NCBI GenBank assembly: GCA_036172245.1
Contig: JAYWIR010000150.1
Location: 1 to 61,509, forward strand
DNA from: Raillietiella orientalis
Taxonomy: Eukaryota
Reading direction: 5' to 3'
Length of the DNA: 61,509 nucleotides
Positions 1-11,885 of this stretch are shown here, one piece after another. Both the position numbers and the translations under genes were made by a program. The notes beneath the pieces were generated by a model. It did no database searches, had not been told where the DNA came from, and saw only the letters and a list, made by a program, of their open reading frames with translations. How positions within the stretch are numbered: position 1 is the stretch's first letter; every line of letters starts with the position of its first letter.

Positions 1-2717
1 GATTCGACGAAGGGGCTCGCAACGAACGCCCGTATTTGCACGCGCGTCGTCACGAAAGGAACCCCAATGTCCGTCGCCTAGCCGAATACCGCGCCGGAGC
101 CGAGCGACAAGCCTGGCAATCCGGGTCAGCCAACATGCGGGATGACCTGGGCCGGGAACGTTCGTCCCCGTCTGCGGTACGGAATCTCGTGCGGTGTTTT
201 TGTTCCTCCCTTTACGCCAAAACACCACTCGAACAAGCCGGCTCGCGGCGATTGCTCATGAGTGGTTTTGTGGCGATAGGGGAGGAGGAGAGAGAAAGGA
301 TCGATGAGCCTTTCACGATCGGCGAAATTCTCGCCGGTATCAAAAGGCTTAAAAGGCGTAAGGCGCCAGGTGAGGACGGCTTGCCCGCGGAGTTCTTTCA
401 GAGTTTCGCGGAAGAGCTGGCCCCCCTAGTGCTCGAGTTGATAAGACGAATCCGAGACGAAGGCGATGTTCCCACCTCCTTTCGGTCAGCCAGGGTGAGG
501 CTCCTCCCGAATGGAGGAGACCTCAGGAAACTTTGCAACTGGCGTCCGATCACGATTGTGAACACGGACGTCAAGTTGATTGCCGGGCTGTGGGCGTCGC
601 GATTGGGGCAGGTGTCCAAATCCATAATTATCCCGGAGCAGACTTACGCTGTTCACGGGCCAAGTATGGAGGGCAGCCTCTTCTTCGCGAGCACATGGAT
701 GCACGCGCAGCGGAGTAAGAAAGAAGGGAGAGGAAAACTTTGCAACCCTACTTTGGGGCCGCCAGTGAGACAGGGTAAGGACCCTCATGCTGGGAAGGGG
801 GCCTTAGCGATCGCAGTCGACCTCCATAAGGCATTCCACTGTGTTGACCGGGAACTCCTCTTGGAGCTCCTGGGTCGCATGGGCTTCCCATCCTCCTTGC
901 TTAACAACCTGCGCTCTTGCTGGCGGAACGCGATAATCTCAATTACTTTCAGTGGACAAAAGGCGTATGGCGTGCCGGTGCGGCGGTGCAAAAGGCAGGG
1001 AGACAGCCTCAGCCCCCTGCTTTTTAGCACCTACGCTGAGTTGGTGCTGAGAGCGTACAGGGTGACTTTGGCCCCCTTGCCGAGCTCGTGCCCCGGCACG
1101 CCAGCCGTAGCGGCGTATGCCGACGATCTTCTGCTCCTCTTACCTATGTCCACCCCGGCTAAGGCGGTCGGAGATTTCTTCGACCTGCTTAGCCGTGGGG
1201 CCGGATTACAGGTTAACAGGGCGAAGTCGTCAGTGTTGCCAGTTGGAGAGACGTGGGCAGGACAGCAGGACTGGGTCCGTCTGGGGATCTTCACGGTGAG
1301 GTGCATCAAGTACCTCGGTGTGCCGTTGGGGGACTTCTCTCCTGCGGAAGCGTGGACCAGCTGCCTCCAAAAAGTCGAGACGGCGATCGGCCCGTTCCTG
1401 GAAGGCAAGTTTCACTTGCCGGAACGGGCCGCGGTTTGGAACGCCTTCGCGGCTTCCATCCTCCGCCCCTTGCTTTTTGTTTGCCCCGCCCCCGTGGAAT
1501 CAAAAAAGCGGACGAAGGACCTCCTGCGCATAGCTCTTTAAGGCAAGGGGAGGCCCCGAGTCCCTTTGAAGGACTTGTGCGCTCCGCGTCGGGACGGCGG
1601 TCTCAGCATCTTGACGCTGAAGCGCGTGGAAATCCAGCTGCTATGGCGTACCCTCGACATCGCAGCGAAGATGTGGAGCACCGCTTGGTACATTTCTGCC
1701 CGCCTCCTGGCCAGGCGTGTGTCCCGCTGCGAAGGACTCGCATCGTTTCTTCTGTGCCCTGGCCGGAAGATTCGAAGATGCAGTCTACTGCTCGGCCGCA
1801 TGGCAACCCTGGCAAAGGAGAACGACTGGATGGTTTGAGGCCCTGCCAACTCCTTCGCTTGGCTGGAAGAGACTGCTGGCACCTTGGCCAAGCAGAACCA
1901 GAGGTGCGAAGAACGGATGAACTGCCTGCGAGACGGCTTTTACGCCCGCCGCACTCTCCGTGAAATTCTTGAATTTCCTACGAGTTGCACGTGGGCGGAA
2001 GGCACAGCCTTTGTTACGCCGATGCCCTTCGTCCATAGGGCGCTTTACGAAAGCCGGAAGCCAAGGTGGCAAGTCTGCTGCCGTTTCGCATGCAGAGAGA
2101 AGATGATGAGCGCCTGGACCATGGGTGAGTTGACAGATGCAACGACCCCTAGTCTCCTGTTGCGTGGATTTAGAAGATGGGGCGAGCTGCTCGGCATTCG
2201 ATTGGAAGACCTGAAGTGGCCCCCGGTTCTACTTGGATCCAAAATTCTTCCCCTGAAGTGGCGGGAATCGGCGCTTCTGTGGCTGCATTGGTGTCTACCC
2301 TGCAACGCGCGCCGCTCCCACTGGACGCGGGGAAGAGTAAATCCTGCGTGTGCCAGGTGTGGGGAGCGGGAGACGCTCCCCCACCTCTTAGTTGAATGCC
2401 CTGCCGTCCGGATTCTTTGGGATCGTCTGAAAACGGCCCTTCGGATACCGGATGGTGGCAATGTTGGAAGTGTCTTCAGTCTTGTCTTCGTGCGGGACGC
2501 CCTCAGTCCAGCCGCAGCGCTGGCAGCACTTTGCTGCATTCGTGGTATCGTGGCGGCCTGGAGTGATGCCGAAGATGAAGGCGGCATCGTTAGGGACGTC
2601 ATCGAGTATGCTTCTCGCTTCCTGCAGAGAGCTCTCCGATGGCCCCATCTGGGAAAACTGAAAATGGAACTAGAAGGCATCCTGCAGAGGATGGGCGCTC
2701 CCAGCAGTTTTCTGTGA
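1..2717 (+). pseudogene. LINE ORF2 (RT and zf-RVT-like finger) with in-frame stops
   Basis: ORF pieces 36-1541, 1566-1838 and 1884-2717 are in one frame, separated by TAA (1539-1541) and TGA (1836-1838). Confidence 0.92.
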
Positions 2718-2923
2718 TCCGTTACCGGCCCTCCGAATTTTTTTTTTTTTTTTTTTTTGTGGTTTGTTTTTCTTATTTATTTTGTTTTTGTTTTCTCTCC
2801 ATCCCCCTCCACTGCCGAGGAAAGCCACACCGGGCTGCGTCCCGGTGTCCCGGCAGTTCCGGTATTGCGTGGCCGTCAGTGGGGCCTTGTACCACGTTCT
2901 GTATTGACCGTCATAATGTTTTT

Positions 2924-2952
2924 AATAAACGTCCCGGCGTATCCGGGTGGCA
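2924..2952 (+). other. Conserved LINE 3'-terminal signal (AATAAA plus GC hairpin); representative of 9 occurrences
   Basis: aataaacgtCCCGGcgtatCCGGGtggca; also 5455-5484(-), 28868-28897(+), 31457-31486(-), 37296-37325(+), 39827-39855(-), 52121-52151(-), 56783-56812(-), 61427-61456(+). Confidence 0.9.
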
Positions 2953-3840
2953 TCGCCGAAACCTGGAGGAAGTTGATGGAGGGGAAACTGGTCACAGAAC
3001 TCTCGGACTGAGCGTTTTATTTTGTCCCAGTCAGCGAGAGTCTGCAGTTCGCAACTACGCAGGAATGCGCGCAGATCTTCGCGCGCTCCTGCGAGTCGCA
3101 ACCAGTCCCCCAGCAGGCGCCACGCTTCGGATGGTGGACCTCTGTCGCGCGGATGAATGTTGATCACTAGTCGAGGGTGATCGGACAGCTCCGACGCAAT
3201 TGCTCCTCGAGTCCCCACCCGCGTACACAAGTGGTTATCGAGGAACACGTGGTCGATTCTGCTTCTCGCCACGGCTTCATCGGCCAACAAGTTGCGTGTG
3301 TGCATAGCCGCACACAACTCGTTGACCAATTGTGCTTGTATGTCGGGCGCTTCCGACAGCAGGCGGACGTTGAAGTCTCCCGCTATCAGATGCGGCTGCC
3401 GCACGCCTGCTTCGGCCAGCCAGTCTCGCCGCAGGGTTTCGAAGAACGCAGTGCGTTCTGCTAGCCTGTGACTGGTGCAGGGCGCGTACAGGTTCGTGAC
3501 TACGAGGTCGAATCGATTCGGACCACTTAAGGACAAGTTGTCCGACTCGACATTCCTCGTCGAACTGTGCACTGCGCACCGCATTGGCGACGGCCGGCTT
3601 CAGCAGGAAGGCCACTCCGCGGTAGTGGTCTCCTACACCACGCCAAAGTAGCCTAGCCCCTGTGAGCCTCTCGTTTTCCTGAACGTCCTCTGCTCTCAGG
3701 GCATGCACCTCTTGAAGAAGTGCCAGATCGAAAGGTCGCAGGGTGTCGGCCACGCTACGCCTCTTGCATTCGCTACGCAGCCCGTTGACATTCCAACAGG
3801 CTATACGCAGCTGCCGGCAAGAGGCGATTCCACGCATCAT
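2951..3840 (-). pseudogene. LINE ORF2 APE endonuclease fragment, starting at the ORF2 ATG
   Basis: MRGIASCRQLRIACWNVNG, LLQE, YAP, GDFN, IDHVF and SDH motifs; one frameshift; cut at PPGFGD by the 3' end of element 1-2952. Confidence 0.9.
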
Positions 3841-5454
3841 GCTGCGAGACTTCAACCTGGTGCTCCTGCAAGAGACGCACGTTCTCAGAGCAGGAGATTT
3901 CCAGGAAATCGAAAGCATCGCAGGAGGGCGGCTACTGTGGAGGAACGGAAACGACCGCTCCTGCGGAGTGGCGTTTATGCTTAAGCCAGCCGTCGACAAC
4001 GCACTGCGCAGCGTCAGGTTCGACGAGGACAGTCGAGTTGGGCAGCTTGCGTTAAAGAGGTCCGACTCGATCGATTTCGTGGTGACGAACCTGTACGCTC
4101 CGGTGAGCAGCCACAGGGCCGAGGAACGCACTGCGTTCTTCGAATCCCTGCGGCGAGACTGGTTGGCTGAAGCAAGCGTACGGCGGGCGCACCTCATCGC
4201 GAGCGACTTCAATCTCCTCCTGCTTGCAGGTGCGCCCAGCAGTCGAGCACAACTGGTCAACGAGTTGTGCGCAGCAATGAATGCGCGCAACTTGTTGGCC
4301 GGTGATGCCGGGAGAGATCGGAACATCGATCACATGTTCCTCGACAACCAATTGTGCACGAAAGTGGGAACTCGAGGAACGCTCCCGGCAGAGCTGTCCG
4401 ACCATCCACGGCTCGTGCTCGAGTTGCATCCGCGGAATAAGGGCCCTCCCTTGAAAACGTAGCGCCTGCCAGGGGACTGGTTGCGCCTCGCAGAGCGGCG
4501 GAACCTCTACGCGCCTTCCTGCGAGGATTCCATCTTGAGACGCTCGCGGACTGTGACGAAATGAAGTGCTCAGTCCGCGAGTTTTGCGACCAGTTTCCCC
4601 TGGAACGTCTTCCGCCTAGCTTCGGCGATGGGGTCAGGAACGAGCGGGCCTACCTTCAGGACCGCTGGTATTCCAGGCGTTTCGACATCCGTCGCTTGGC
4701 GGAATTCAAAGCTGAGGCGGAGAGGCAGGCCTGGCAGTCAGGCTCGGCCTGCTTGCTGGACCATCAGAGCCAAGAACGCTCCAGCCTAGCTCAGGTAAGC
4801 CGCATCGTGCGGAAGTTTTATTCCTCCTTGGACGCGGCACTAATACCGGAGCGCCATTTCGCACAGCGCCTGCTGCAGGATAGCCTCCCCGCGCTCAAGG
4901 AGGAGGATCGTTTCTGGTTCGGAGAACCGTTCACGATGGTGGAGGTCGTCTCCGCCATCAACAGGCTGAAGAACAGGAAGGCACCAGGGGAGGACAGGCT
5001 GCCCGCGGAGTTTTACAAACACTTCTCGCCAGAGCTGGCCCCCCTGGTGCTCAGGTTAAGTGCGCTGATCCGCGAACACGGCGAAGTTCCCGCCTCGTTC
5101 CGGTCAGCAAAAGTACGTCTCCTACCGAAGACAGGAGACTTACGCAACATTGGCAACTGGCGTCCCATCACAGTAGTGAATGCGGACGCAAAGTTGTATG
5201 CCAAGTTGTGGGCTGAGCGTTTGAGGCGGGTGGCCGCTTCCGTGGTGAGTCCCGAGCAGACCTATGCTGTTCCCGGACGAACCATGGAGGCCAACCTGCT
5301 TCTCGCCAGAACATGGTGGCAGTTGCGACAACGCGTTGCCCATGAAGGTCAAGGGAGTCTTGTGCTCCCCTCTGACCAGGAACACCGGATGGAGGGTGGG
5401 AGGGACTCGGCGGAAGCCTTTGCAGACGCGGTCGACTTGCGCAAATCATTCGAT
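3841..5454 (+). pseudogene. LINE ORF2 fragment (APE to RT motif DLRKSFD); left part of a host element
   Basis: LLQETH, SDFN, SDH, KAPGED, WRPITVVN; stop at 4460-4462 and a frameshift; ends at the insertion of 5455-11099. Confidence 0.9.
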
Positions 5455-5679
5455 TTTCACCCGGATTTCTCCGGGTCGTTTATTAAAAAAATAAACTTTG
5501 TAAACAAATTATTAATGGCAGTTCCAATGCTCCAGCCAGAAGCTAAGAACCACAACGCCTGCCAATTCACCGGTTTCTAGACCGGTACGGTTCACCAAGG
5601 CAGCAGGGAAGAGGGGAAAAACAAAAAAACTAAACAAAAAAAAAAAAAAACACAAAGGGTGGGAGGGAACGGGAAGGGA

Positions 5680-8600
5680 TCACTGTTGCTGCTGGGGCCG
5701 CATCATCCCCCTCAGGATGCTGGCAAGCTCTTGTTTGTTGTAAACATCCAGGTGGGGCCATCGCGACGCCCTCCTCAGGAATTCGGAGGCGCACTGCATG
5801 GCTTCCTGATCGCTAGGTCCTCCCGTCGCCGTGACCAGTCGGCGACGATGCCACGAAGGCAGCACAAGGCTGCTATCGAGGACGCTGGCTGCAGGGCGTC
5901 GGCAACGAAGAAGGATTTTAGTGCGTATCTGGGGTTGCAGCAAGGGATACCGATGGCCGCGGCAAAGCGGAACCAAAGGGGCGGAAGGGCATCACAATCC
6001 ACTAGGAGGTGGGGGAAGGATTCCTTTTCCCCGCACCTTACACAATTAGGATCCACCGCTCCCCAGGTACAGTGGTGTCGACGGGCGTTGCAGGGCAGTC
6101 CCCAGTGCTGCAACAGGAATGCCGATTGTTGCCATTTTAGGGGGAGGATGGAAGTGTTCATAAGAATCGCGGGCCACTTCAGATGTTCAATCGGAACATC
6201 CAGCAGCGCTCCCCAGCGCAGAATTCTATTAGGAGGCGTACTCGGTGTCGCAACATCAGTTAGCTGGCCCGTCTTCCACTCTCTCTGCTTCTTCTCCTTC
6301 CCGGAGATTTTTATTGTAACCTCTCACTTCTCCGCAACATCGCTGTGCTGTTGTTCCACTTGGGAGTCCAGCGCAGCAGCGAGGGGGGTTCTTCCTGACC
6401 ACGCTCTCTTCTTAGGATACTCCACGATCTCACAAAGCGTGCACCTTCTGTAACACCCAAACAGGAACCTTCGTTCCTGATGGGAGGGTTGCATGCCTAA
6501 CTGGTCCCACGTACGAACGGTTTCCTGCAACCAGGCACTACCGTTCACGGGGAGACAGGTGATCCATCCTTGATGTTTCCTTGCCAGCGCAGCCCCCCTC
6601 GTAGCTGAAGGCCACATCGGTTGATGCGGCTTTGATAGAGTGCAAGAAACGACGTAAGTCCCTTCTTGTCGGTGGCTTGCTGAAGGAGGAGACGTGCAGG
6701 GACGCACCAACAGGTGCACCACAACTCCGGCACAAGTGCCAAAATCCGGAACTGGAGCTGCAGCTCCAGCCGCTCCAATGTCAGGAGGCCGAGACCACCG
6801 TCCCGACGCGGAGCGCACAAGTTCTTCAGGCGGACTCGGGGCGTCACGTTGCCCCAAAGGGCGATACGGAGAAGGTCCTTCGTCCGCTTTTTGATCCTCT
6901 CTGTGGGGGGACAAACAAACAGCAGGGAACGGAGTAGAGGAGCCGCGAACATGTTCCAAACCGCGGCCCTTTCAGGCAGGAAAAACCTGCCGCCTCGGAA
7001 CGGGCCGATAGCCGTCTCTACTTTTTGAAAGCAGGCGGACCACGCTTCCGCTGGGGAGTAGTCCCCCAACGGCACACGAAGGTACTCGAAGTACCTCACC
7101 GTGGGGATCCCCAAATGGACCCAGTCCTGCTGCCCTGCCCACGCCGCACCAATTGGCATCACGGACGACTTCGCCCTGTTCACTGTAAGCCCTGTTCCTC
7201 GATTCAGCAGGTCGAAGAACTTCTCGACCGCCGAAGCCGGGGTGAACATAGGGAGCAGTAGCAGGTTGTGGTCCGCATATGCTGAAACCGCAGGCGTTCC
7301 GGCGCACTCATATGGCAGGTTAGCCAGTGTTTCCCTGTACGCTTTCAGTACCAACTCAAAGTAGGTACTGAAGAGCAAGGGGCTCAGGCTGTCTCCTTGC
7401 CGGATACCACTTCGCACCGGCACGCCGTAAACAGTATGCCCGCTGAAAGTAACATTGATTAGCGCATCGTGCCAGCTAGAGCGCAGATAGGCCAATAATG
7501 AGGCCGGGAAGCCCAAGCGTTTTAAAAGCTTCCGCAGTAGATTCTGGTCGACGCTCTCGAATGCTTTACGCAAGTCGACAGCGACCGCAAGTGCTGCCTC
7601 CCCCATCCGACCATGCGTCGCATGACTGACGGACTCACCGGAATTCCCGGTGCGCATCAAGCCCCTTTCGTGTTGGGGCTCTAGCCAGGTGGAAGCGTGG
7701 AACAGGTTCGCCTCCATGCTTCGCCCTGGAACAGCATACGTCTGTTCCGAGATGACGAAGGCGTTTGCAACCCGTCCCAAACGCTCAGCTTAAACCTTAT
7801 CTATCAACTTGGCATCCGCATTCACTATTGTGATGGGACTCCAGTACTTCATGCTCCTCAGATCTCCTCACTTAGGGAGAAGCCGCAACTTTGCCGAACG
7901 AAACGAGGCGGGAACGTCACCTGTCTCGCGTATCAGCAAGGTGAGTTGATGTACCAGGGGGGTTAGCTCAGCCATCAAAGTTTGATAAATCTCCGCGGAC
8001 AGGCCGTCCTCCCCTGGAGCCTTTCGCCTCTTGAGCTTTCCGATGGCCGAGATGATCCCGCCCATCCTGAAAGACTCGTCGAGGAACTTTTTCTCCTGCT
8101 TCCCAAACGCAGGAGCGCCTTCCGGAAGCAGGACTCGTGAGAAATCCCGCTCGGAAGGCGTTCTTGCGTACAGGGAGGAGTAAAACCGCCGCAGCAGACC
8201 GCGGATTTGAGCGCGTGCCGAACGCTCCTGGCCCTGATCGTCCAGCAAGCTGGCCGATCCTGACTGTCAGGCTTGCCTCTCGGCTCCCGCTGTGTATTCC
8301 GTCAGCCTGCGGATGTCGGGGGACCTGGCGTAGCGACGAGCCTGCAGATAGGCTCTTTTGTTACGTACCCCGTCCTTAAATCTCGCAGGTAGGCGGTGCA
8401 GAGGGAACTGGTCGCAGAACTCCTGGATCGACCGTTTAAAGCGGTCCCAATCCTGAAGTGTATGCATCTTAAAGCTCCGTATAAACAAGCGGAGATGTTC
8501 CGTCGCGTCCAGGAGCTTCAGCCAGTCCCCTGGCAAACGCCACGCTGACGAGGGGGGGCCCCTGTCGCGCGGATGGATTTCAATCACGATTGGTCGATGG

Positions 8601-9261
8601 TCGGACAACTCGCACGGCAACTTGCAGCGCCTGCTTACACGAGTGCACAGGTGATCTTCAAGGAACACGTGATCGATGTTGTCCTCCATTCCTGGTACAC
8701 TGGCCAACAAATTACAAGTGTGCACCGCCGCGCACACCTCGTTGACCAGGGCACGTTCGTGATTCGGCCCTTCCGATTTCAGACGAACGTCAAAATCGCC
8801 TGCAACCGGATGGGCATTCCGCACGCCTGCCTTGGTCAACCAGTCGCGATGGAAGGCAAGGAAAAATACTTTCCTGGCCCTCCTGTTCGTCAGGGCCGCT
8901 CCGCTCAGGCCTAAACGTTCGAAACGATCAGGTCGATCGAGTCGGACCAGCTGAGAGTCAGCTGACCGACACGACCGTGATCGTCGAACCAAACTCCACG
9001 TGCGGCGACCTCGATGGCGGGCCGAAGCAGGTTGGCGACAGCACAACTTCTCGATGTTCCACACCGATACCACAGCCGCCCTCCGTTGATGCGTTCGATC
9101 TCCTGGGCTTGTTCTGCAGAGATCACATGGATCTCCTGCAGCAGAACAAGGTCGAACGATCCTAGAATGGCGGCCATGTCTCGTCTCCTGCCGGCGTCTG
9201 TCATGCAGTTCACGTTCCAAATGGCGATGCGCAGACGACGGCGGTAGGAGATTCCCGGCAT
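5680..9261 (-). pseudogene. LINE ORF2 (APE-RT-CCHC), multiply disrupted
   Basis: MPGISYRRRLRIAIWNVN, GDFD, SDH, KAPGEDG, DLRKAFE, QGDSLSP, AYADH (decayed YADD), CVRCGEKESFPHLLVDC. Confidence 0.9.
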
Positions 9262-11005
9262 TACTGCCGGGAAGATGACGGTGTGGGATAACGCGCCACT
9301 TCCGAGGCGGGTGAGATGACCATTAGGGTTTCAGCCTCCTCAGGCACCTTGGGTACCTTACCGTCTTCAACCCCCTCCATCTCCTCCGTGTCTGTGCGTG
9401 GTGGTCTCTCGGGTGACGATTCCTGGCATTCTCCCACGCTCATGGCACCCTCGCAGTCGGAAGTCATCTCCACGCCTTCGACCTGGAGAGGGGCTTTCCG
9501 GGGTATGCTGGACTTCCTTCCACCCTTCCGGCGGGGTGCCGCGGAGATGGAAACTTGGTTTCCGGCCTTCGCTTCGGGGTCGAAAGTTACCGAATCCTCG
9601 GTGGAGGCCGGACGCCTCACTGCCTTTTTGCCAGCCTTGGAGGGGTCTGGCTGCAACGATGCAGCCAGCTCCTCCGCCGCACGCTCGAAGGCGGCGTCAT
9701 CGCTGACGGTCTCGAAGGCGGCGTCATCGATGACGGTCTCGATGACGGACGCTTCCGCCGGTTCGCTCCCCACGCTGTTGACATTTTCAACAGTAAGTTG
9801 CTGGTCGGTAGCAGCGATTTCTACCTTGCGGCGTTCGGCGGGGACGCGTTCCACGACGACGCTGCATTCTTTTAAATTCTCGCTAACCTGCTGTTTTTTA
9901 TTTTGGTAGGCGAGCTTTTTTTCGATTCGTCGTTCTTTCTTCGACTTTTTTTTCTTTTTCTCTGTGACTTCTTGCCATTCCAACACCTGACCGCTTTTGT
10001 TAATCTTTTCGGCATTCGTTGTCGGGATGTTGGCTGAGGCCTGGACCACGGGAGTGGGTGGCACAGCTTGAGCGGCAGCCTTCGCCGCCAGTTTTTTGTG
10101 CAGCAGCCGCGCGCGTTTTTTTAGGTTCCTAGAGGAAATCACGCGCACAGCGGATTGTGAACACACTTCCTTCGTGTGGCCCATTGTCCCGCATACCAAG
10201 CACTGTACGTTGGGGCACCTCCTTTTAAGGTGTCCCGACGTGTTGCAGAAGTTACAGTATTTGGGCTTCCAAACGTACCAGAGGTCGACGCTTTCTCCGC
10301 CGACCACCAGTTTGTGGGGAAGGGTAGAGCTCTGCCGATCGGTTACACTGGCAGCCGTGAGGCCGCACTGAACTCTTGTATTGTCCTCGAAAGGACTAGG
10401 CTTGCTCCATACTGCATGGACCGTGCCTTCTTTTCATAACGCGGCGCGTAACTGTTCTTTCCGCATCCCCGCGGTAACTCCTAAATGGTGGACCACCATA
10501 CTGTGGTCCGCCGTAACGGGAAGGAGCCTGCGTGTCCCCATTACCACGGGGGTTTTAAGCAGACGTTGGGACAGGTCTGCATGTTTGCAGATCACCTCTA
10601 CGTACTGCCCCCCGCTAGGAATGATCATAGCGCAGAGCTCCTCTTCTTTAACATCGAGAGCGTGCATTTCCTTCAATATGGCGCGCGCACTCTCAGCAGA
10701 ATGCAAATTTCCTACCTTGTAGAATAGTGATGGGTTATACCCCTCTTCGACATAGGCAGATAATTCCGTCGCGGCTGCAGGCGATGGCGCCAATACGACG
10801 GCGCTCCACGCCCGCGCTGCAGCGGGGACCGGTTTGTGGGGGCGGACGCCCCCACCTCCTTCGCCACTGAAGGCGACGTTGCCGCCGCCCCCTGGCACTC
10901 CACCTTCTCTGGAGGCAACGTTGCCGCCGCCATGTGGCACTCCATTTCTTCAGGAGGCGACGTTAGAACCGCCCCCTGACACGTACTGGTGGTCGCGTCA
11001 GGCAT
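9261..11005 (-). pseudogene. LINE ORF1 (gag-like, two CCHC knuckles), frameshifted and with a stop
   Basis: CNFCNTSGHLKRRC and CLVCGTMGHTKEVC; DDAAFERAAEELAA motif; split over ORFs 10712-11029, 10434-10940 and 9261-10307. Confidence 0.88.
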
Positions 11006-11099
11006 TGCTGCTTGATCGACCACCACCACACACGAAGCCTACACCCAGGGACGGTTCCCGGCACGAGGAGCACCGAGGAAACACGTCCGCTCTAGCCGA

Positions 11100-11885
11100 C
11101 GTAAAGCTTTCGACTTCGTCGACCAGGAGCTCCTTCTGGAGCTCCTGGAACGCATGGTTTTCCCGGCCGTGCTCCAGTCCCACCTGCGCTCCTGCTCGCG
11201 CAACGCGTCAATTAATATTGGTTTCAGCGGCCGGCACGTGTACGGCTTGCCAGTCCGCCGCGGTATCCGGCAGGGTGACATCCTGAGCCCCTTGCTCTTC
11301 AGCATCTACTTCGAGATGGTGCTGAGGGCATACAGGGTAACTCTGGCAACCCTGCCGAGCTCGTGTCCCAGCACGCCTGCCGTGTCAGCCTATGCAGACG
11401 ATCTTCTGCTGCTGCTTCCCGGGTCCACCCCGGCGAGTGCACTTGAGGACTTCTTCGAGTTGCTGCGCCGCGGGATGGGCCTGGAGGTGAACAGGGCGAA
11501 GTCGTCCATGGTGTTCGTCGGTTCGGCGTGGGCTGGACGGTCGGATTGGATCCGCTTGAGGATATCCACGGGCAGGTGCTTCAAATACCTCGGCGTACCG
11601 TTGGGGGACTTCTGCGCAGCAGAAGCCTGGTCCGACCGTCTCCAAAAGGCAAGTTCTACTTGCAGGAACTGGCCGCGTTGTGGAACGCGTTTGCGGCTCC
11701 CCTCCTTCGCCCCTTACTTTTTGTTTGCCCCGCCCCTTATTTAATGCGGAAACGAGCAGCGGGCCTCCTGAGGACAGTCCTTTGGGGCAAAGGGAGGTCC
11801 CGTGTGAGGCTCAAAGACTTGTGCGCTCCACGTAAGGACGGTGGACTTGGCGTACTTACGCTGGAGCGCATGGAACTACAACTTA
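11100..11885 (+). pseudogene. RT fragment from RKAFD onward; right flank of the 5455-11099 insertion
   Basis: RKAFDFVDQ, RQGDILSP, AYADD, KYLGVP, CAPRKDGGLG; internal deletion near 11650. Confidence 0.88.

Larger units (their letters stand above)
1..2952 (+). mobile_element. L1/Tx1-like LINE (lineage A), 3' part: linker, RT, C-terminal Zn finger and 3' UTR; 5' part lies outside the window
   Basis: RT motifs KAPGEDG, WRPITIVN, DLHKAF, RQGDSLSP, AYADD, KYLG; C-terminal CARCGERETLPHLLVEC; T-rich UTR; AATAAA plus terminal hairpin at 2924-2952. Confidence 0.95.
1..7570. repeat. Left arm of a >=7.5-kb inverted duplication (partner 35211-42778)
   Basis: Mirror ORFs with constant coordinate sum ~42779-42781, spanning four element fragments and their junctions. 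Confidence 0.95.
5455..11099 (-). mobile_element. Full-length (~5.6 kb) decayed lineage-A LINE inserted antisense into an RT gene
   Basis: 5' motif GAGCGGACGTGT near 11081-11092; ORF1, TAATG overlap at ~9259-9263, ORF2, and AATAAA plus hairpin end at 5455-5484; flanks cgcaaatcattcgat (5440-5454) and cgtaaagctttcgac (11100-11114). Confidence 0.9.

Noticed and set aside
2738..2795. T-rich tracts (also 5618-5652, 37127-37163, 39986-40042, 52269-52300, 61297-61334) as poly(A) tails or bacterial terminators
   Set aside because: They are T-rich on the element sense strand, just after the ORF2 stop and upstream of AATAAA, so they are internal 3'-UTR sequence.
2810..2900. HDV-like or hammerhead ribozyme in the UTRs
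   Set aside because: Hairpins are evident, but I could not identify a catalytic core or nested pseudoknot by eye; an Infernal/RNArobo search would be needed.
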